Source: the human T2T-CHM13v2.0 reference genome, Homo sapiens
Assembly: GCF_009914755.1 (NCBI RefSeq)
Contig: NC_060940.1
DNA: 64,000 nucleotides
Reading direction: 5' to 3' (one strand)
Positions 56,837 through 64,000 of this stretch are shown here, in pieces (positions within the stretch are counted from its first letter, which is position 1; every line of letters begins with the position of its first letter). Made by a program: the position numbers and the translations under genes. Under the pieces are notes generated by a model that was not told the origin of the DNA, ran no database searches, and saw only the letters and a list, made by a program, of their open reading frames with translations.

Positions 56837-57125
56837 CTGGGTTCACCCAAATAAGGAAAAGCGATGTGAGCCTCTGCTTAAGATAGACCATTCCTGTGTC
56901 ATTGAAGGGACAAGGGAAGCAAGGAGGGGAACAAGCCAGGAAAGAGCTGGGCTAGACCTGGCACACAAGCTCCCTGTATCTCAGGCTTGAGACCAGGTCC
57001 TTCCACCTTACAGTCCTCTGAGATCCTCCAGGAGAGTAGCCTGGTCTGCCTCTGAATCCTTCCCAGAACGCCCTGCACAGTGCCCAGCACATAGCAGGTC
57101 TTCAAGAACATTCAATGACTAGGGG

Positions 57126-57133
57126 ACGGATGG

Positions 57134-57169
<36 letters not shown>

Positions 57170-57555
57170 ATGGATAAATGAAGGGTGGATAGGCAGTTTG
57201 ATAAATGGATGTATGGATGATAGGTGGATGGGTGGAAAATGGATGGATGGAGGATGAATGAATGAATGGGTGGATGGAGGATGAATGGGTGATGAATGGA
57301 TGGATGGATGGGTGGGTGGATGGATGGTAGATGGATGGATGGGTGGATGGTGGGTGGATGGATGAATGGTGGGGGGGTGGATGGATGGAGAATGAAGGAT
57401 GGATAAGTGGGTGGATAGATGGATGGATGACAGGTGGATGGATGAACGGGTGGAAGATGAATGGATGGAGGATGGATGAATGATGGATGAATAGATGGGT
57501 GGATGGTAGATGAATGAATAGGTGGATGGTTGCGTGGGTGGGTGGGTGGATGGAT
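57126..57555. repeat. (GGAT)n simple repeat, pure at the start and degenerate afterwards
   Basis: Visible periodicity. Confidence 0.93.
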
Positions 57556-58521
57556 TCAGTACATATTCAAATTTTGTAGTTTTATATGTATTTTTGAAAT
57601 TATTTGTCTAATGTCTGGCTGTCTCAGTAATCTGAAAGGACCGTAATGGCAGATGCCATGTCTACATGATTTGCTGCTGAATTCTCAATGCGTTGCACAT
57701 TACCTGGCACATACTTGACATTCAGGAAGCATTTGTTAAATGAATGATGAAATTAATGCATGCATGAATGGATAGAAGGATAGAGTGGAGGATGTGTACA
57801 GGTCCATGTATATACAGTGTATATGCATGTAAATAGATGGATTAGCAAATGGATGTGTAAATGGGAAGTGTCATATCAAGAATTAGCCCCAGAATCAAGA
57901 CCAGCCTTGCTGGCTTCAGGCTGGAAGATTTTAGGAGCACAACCTCCTACCAGAGTGCGTGGGGCAAAGCCAGGACAGTTCTCTTCTCTTCTGTTTTTTT
58001 GTTTGTTCTTGAGACAGATTCTTACTGTTGCCCAGGCTGGAGTGCAGTAGCGCAAGCATGGCTTGCTGTAACCTCAAACTCCTGGGCTCAAGTATCCCTT
58101 ATGCCTCAGCCTCCTGAGTAGCTGGGACTACAGGTATAAGCCAGTATTTAGGTGTTGTTTTTTTTCTTTTTTGTAAAGATGTGGTTTCCCTATGTTTCAC
58201 AGACTGGGCTTGAACTCTAGGGATCAAGTGATCCTACTGCCTCAGGCTCCTGAAGTGCTGGGATTACAGGCATGAGCCACTGTGCTGGCCCACTTTCCCT
58301 GTTTTTAGGGCTTCTTTTTATTGTTATTTTTTTTCATAGGGTTTGCTCTGTCTGCCATGCTGGAGTGTAGTAGCACAATCATGGCTCACTGCAGCCTCGA
58401 CCTTCTGGGCTCAATTGATCCTCCCACCTCAACCTCCCACGTAGCTAGGACTACAGGTGTGTACCATGATGCCCAACCAATTTTGTTTTGCTTTGTTTTT
58501 GTTTGTTTGTTTGTTTTTTGA

Positions 58522-58818
<297 letters not shown>

Positions 58819-58987
58819 TGAGGTCTCACTATGTTGCCCAGGCTGGTCTCAAACTCCTGGCCCCAAGCGATCTTCCTGCCTCTGCCTCCCAAAATGCTGG
58901 GATTACAGACGTCAGCCACCGTGCCTCACCTATGGCTTCTTTTTTAACCCTTGGCTGTCAGAACCCTGGGAACACGGTGTTTTAATT

Positions 58988-59390
58988 TGAGTTCTCCAAG
59001 AAGCAGATCCCAGAGCAAGAATTTGAGAGCAAGTCATTTATTTGGACATGATCCCAAGAAACATTTGTGGGGAGTAGGGGGTGTGAGACAGGGAAGGGTG
59101 GAAGCCAGTACAGGAGTGTGATCAAGCCCATTACCTGGGATTCACTCCTGCTTGGGATTATCCATCAAGAGGGGTGAGGTAGCTGGGGTGTTTTTACGCC
59201 AGCTTCATCAGTCACTGAACACTGCATGAATTCACAGCCATATGGGCAGGTAGAGTAGGCTCTGAGGGTCAGAGAAGACCCCCAGAAGGATAAGGAAGCC
59301 CAGGAGCTGGCAGCCAGATGTCAGGCTGGCATGTACTGAAGTTGAGAACATGGGCAGTCAGTAGCAGTGTCTGGACTCACATTTGGCCAC
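58988..59390 (-). mobile_element. Old ERVL-class LTR (LTR33-like)
   Basis: agaagcagatccc...gagcaagtcatttatttgg...gatcccaagaa reverse LTR 3' motif. Confidence 0.5.
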
Positions 59391-59675
59391 CCAAATATTA
59401 ATGAGATTCAGTTACTCCCTCAACTTGCTCACCAGCAGATGCAGGAGTGAGAGTCTGGGCAAACAGGCCCTCTCACCTAGCGTGAGATACATGGGCAGCA
59501 GGAGGGGCACCTTCCCATGAATCGCCCATGCAGGACCCCTGGAAAGAAGACGACAGAGGTCTTGGCAGCCCCAAAATAGCCCTGTGACCAAGGGACCCCT
59601 TCAACCTATGCTGATCACCCACCTGCTGTGAAGGAGCGTGTCCCATGTTAGCCTCTGTAGATGGGAGCTACTCAC

Positions 59676-59807
59676 CTGGGCCGAGGGTGTGAGTTCCTTA
59701 CTCCGGCAGGTCACCTCTCTCAGCACCTCGGCCAGCTCCTGCACCCTCTGCACGTCCTCCAAGCCGGTGGTGACTGCAGACAGTGATCCCAGCACATGCT
59801 CTCTGAC
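59676..59807 (-). CDS. PKD1L2: PKD1L2 exon, VREHVLG...TPSAQ
   Basis: aag|GTC acceptor, CAG|gtgag donor, 132 nt, phase 0-0. Confidence 0.92.
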
Positions 59808-60088
59808 CTTGGCACGGGGGAGAAAGGCAGGGAGAGGAAATGTAATTCTGTGGCTCCATGAAGTAGTGTCAGGAAGATGCAGGGTCAGGAGTGACCAGGG
59901 TTATTAGGGGGTTCTTTTTCTTTTCTTTCTTTTCTTTTTTTTTTTTTTTTGAGTCAGAGCCTCGCTCTGTCACCCAGGCTGGAGTACACTGGCATGATCT
60001 CGACTCATTGCAACCTCCGCCTCCTGGGTTCGGGCCTCAGCCTCCTGAGTAGCTGGGATTACAGGTGCGCACCACCATCACCAGCTAA

Positions 60089-60836
<748 letters not shown>

Positions 60837-61991
60837 GGATGTCTCAAGCTTTCTCCAAATCTTCAAATTGAACCTGTAGAATTTGGCACTATTTGAAAAT
60901 AAATTGTGTCTCAGCGTGGCACCTGTGACCAGAATGGCATGAAATTCAGAAACTGGATGACTGTTGGTCTGGCATGGATGGGAGGTCTCACCGGAGGCTT
61001 GGGGTCCCTGTGTGCCTTTGCAGCAGTGGGGACAAGAACCCCCCTACCCAGCCCTCCACTCCTGTCTTGGGCCAGGCCACGGGCTTCAGGGTCAAGTGCT
61101 TTCTACACTACAAAGCACTAATGAGGGGCTGGTGAGGGGCTTTGGTAGGAGCAGAGAAAAACTAAGAACATCATTTCAGCACTGCCCAGTAGAACTGTCA
61201 TTTGTAACTTTATTTAATTTTAATAATGACTTAGATTTAAGCAGCAGCCACTTTTGATGGGGCAGAGACACCGTGGCCTGTTGCTCACACCTGGCTCAGC
61301 CTGACAGGCTTTCCCGAAGCTTCCAAGTATGAGTGCATCTGCCATCCATTCCAGGGACAGCCAGGCCTCCATCCCGGCTGTGTCTTGGGTTGAGGAAAGA
61401 ATAGGTCAGTGTGGCAGGAGACTCTTTGCAGAATATTCCAGAAGGGAAACTCAGATAATGGGTAATCTCACATTTGCTTCTGCAGGCCCTAACCCCATCG
61501 TTTGTCACCTACCCTGGGTAAAGATGTCACCGGCTCTGGACCCTCCGGCAAATGGACTCACCCAGCAGGAGCCCAGCAGGGGACGAGATGGCAGGAGGAG
61601 AGAGAGCTGGGAGGGGTCATTCTCCTGATGCCCCCGGCCAGGTCACCGGGGGCTGGCCGCCTCATTCTTCAAAAGCCACAGCTCCTACCAGAGAGTCCCT
61701 CTGTGGGCAGCCGCCCCCTGGATCCTGCTCACGGCAGGCCGGGCCTCTGGGGTCCTCCACGCTGTCTAGTTTGTTCCCTAAGCCCTGCACACACCTGTCT
61801 CAACAGAGCCCTTGTTAACATCTTCTCAGCTGCCCAGTGAGAGTTTGACATCTGTCTTGTGCCAGGCCCTGGGCATTTCATGGGGTGACCTTGGATTAGG
61901 CTGTGTGGTCTGTGTGCTTGGGGACCACAGGATGTCCAGGGGAAGCTTCCCATTGGTACTTCTCAGAGTGAATGTGACCAAGAATGAGAGC

Positions 61992-62380
61992 TGTGTGTGT
62001 GTGAAAGTGTGTGAGTGTGTATGTATGTGTATGTGTGAAAGCATAATTGTGTGTGGGAGTATGTGTGTGTGTGAGAGCGTGTCAGTGTATGTGTGTGAGC
62101 ATGTGTGTGAGTTTGTGTGTGCATGTGTATGTGTGTATATGTGAGTGTGTGTGTTTGAGCATCTGTCAGTGAGTGTATGTGTGTGAGTATGAGTCATATG
62201 AGTGAGTGTGTGAGCATGTATGTATATGTGTATAAGTGTGTGAGTATGTGTGTGGGAGTATGTGAATGTGTTTGTGAGTGTGTGTGTGTGAACATGTTTG
62301 AGTGTGTGTGTGTGTGTGTGTGCATAAGAGTATGTGTGAAAGTGTGTATGTATGTGTGAGAGCTAATGTGTATGTATGTG
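61992..62380. repeat. Degenerate (TG)n tract
   Basis: Visible periodicity. Confidence 0.92.
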
Positions 62381-63285
62381 GCAGGGGGTCTGGGGTAAGA
62401 GGGCTGGAGGTGGAGGGGGAACCTCTAAACTGGGTTTGAACTCAGGCTTCACCACTTACCAGACACAGGGACCCAGGCAGGCACCTCTGATTCTCTTACC
62501 CTCTGTTTCCTCAGCTGTAACATAGATGGAGGCCTCACCATTTACCTCCCAGGGTTGTAGTGGGGATTACAGATCCATGAAGCCCTAATTCAGGGCCTGG
62601 CAGCTCATAGCAGGTGCTTGATACATGTTAGTTTCTCTCGGTAAGCGACCACAATGACAATCCGGCTTCCTGTATTAAGTACCTACCAGGCCTCTAGCAC
62701 CACACTCAGTACCTTCCTGCAAACCTTTCAGGGAGCCAAGAGAAGTCTTTCTTCTCTTCTCCGTGCCCACAGGGGTGTGTGTGTGGGTGTGTGCATGCAC
62801 ACACACGAACACAAACTCATGTGGCACATGCTGGGAGTGGACACAATCATACGTTCTGCAATAGTTTATCATACTAGGTTGTAACAATGGAACGGCCATT
62901 TTTGTAGATTAAAACTGATTGAATGTTGACGGTCTTATCTAGTTTTTTAGTTGCAGTGATCGTAATTCTTATTTAACTCTTACTACAATTGTATGAGGAG
63001 ACTAGTATTCTTCTATATGGGGAAACTGAGACTTAGAGAGGTTTGGTCCCTGGCCTGTGACAATGCGAATGGTAAGTGACAAAGCCGGGACGCCATCTGT
63101 GGTCCAACTCCAAACCGCTACCCATGTGACCGAGGACAGTCCCCTTTCTGCTCTGGGGCTCTGCCTTGTCATCTGAAACATGAAAAGCAGGGGATGATGT
63201 GTTCTAAACTCCCCCCATCCCAGAGGCCTGTGCCTCCATGAGGGCCAGCCGAGAAAGCAGGTTACCAAGGAAGAAGGCATTTTCT

Positions 63286-63657
63286 TCACTTTATGTCACT
63301 CACCCAAAAGACCAGAGAGGGAGGTGGTGTCAGCCGCTTGGGAGACACCACAGGTTTCTCCCCTGATCCATGAACCTTGATCCACAGCCCAAATGGCCGC
63401 ACGCAGACCCTGGGGCCCCAGAGGAAGGGAATGAAAGGAGCCCCCCAGCTTCCCACGGGTACCTTCTGTCTGACGTCTATGCTCAGTGACTGTCCTGAGC
63501 CCTGGCTTTCATGCTCTTGGTTCAGCATGGAGGACACAGCCTTGGCCAGCTGGAGGAGCTGCTCGGGGCCACCCTCGCCTTGCAGAGCTGTGGGGATTTT
63601 CTCTGACACGGCAGCCTGGAATGCTACATCCTCAACACATGTGTCTCCGAGTGCCAC
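63286..63657 (-). CDS. PKD1L2: PKD1L2 alternative terminal exon (donor read-through, short isoform ending ...WVSDIK*)
   Basis: The frame stays open 58 codons past the weak donor. The C-terminus matches my recollection of the annotated short isoform. Confidence 0.65.
   Translation of the reverse strand: MALGDTCVEDVAFQAAVSEKIPTALQGEGGPEQLLQLAKAVSSMLNQEHESQGSGQSLSIDVRQKVPVGSWGAPFIPFLWGPRVCVRPFGLWIKVHGSGEKPVVSPKRLTPPPSLVFWVSDIK
63463..63657 (-). CDS. PKD1L2: PKD1L2 exon (REJ/GAIN region), VALGDTC...DVRQK
   Basis: cag|GTG acceptor, AAG|gtaccc donor, 195 nt, phase 0-0. Confidence 0.93.
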
Positions 63658-64000
63658 CTGTTAGGAAATCAGAAATATGCTCAGAACCTGCTAGGAAGAA
63701 GCTGGCCTCTGAAGTCAGGGGTCTTCATGTGGGGTCAGAGAGGCTTGGATGCCTTTGGCCTGGCCTGTGGGCTCTCGAGCACTTCCTGAGGCTGGAGGGC
63801 ACCCAGACCTGCTCGCACCAGGCAGCTGACAGCCACCCAAACCAAGCCTTGGTTGGCTCCAGCCTGGCGCAAGTCATTGCTCTACCACTGGCCGCCCTCC
63901 TCTCTTGGTCTCAACCTCTTCCACCCCCACCTGGCCTCTGACGCTTGAAATCTTCTTGGAATCTTATCCAGGCTCTTCCTTGAGTCCTTGTTGGCTAATC

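Overview
Human genomic DNA containing 25 internal exons (4,400 spliced nt) of the minus-strand polycystin gene PKD1L2. The 5' exons and the final exons lie outside the window. I mapped every exon by hand with its splice sites and phases. They encode, in order, the end of the REJ/GAIN region, the GPS cleavage motif (HL/T), TM1, the PLAT domain, TM2-5, and the polycystin channel module up to S5. This haplotype carries two independent disabling lesions: an in-frame TAG at 30127-30129 and a net -1 frameshift near 17137-17146. This fits the known gene/pseudogene polymorphism of PKD1L2. A read-through short isoform ending at 63286 lies upstream of both lesions, and one intron uses a GC donor. The introns are very Alu-rich (roughly 85-90 copies or fragments by hand count) and also hold LTRs, L1 and DNA-transposon fragments and simple repeats. 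The more unusual intronic structures are a 48-bp locally templated insertion inside an Alu, a complete solo LTR nested in an Alu, and a duplicated LTR-plus-flank block bracketing two PLAT exons. I see no credible new gene system; most ORF-track entries are Alu or simple-repeat artefacts. Repeat subfamily names and protein residue numbers come from memory and need a database check.
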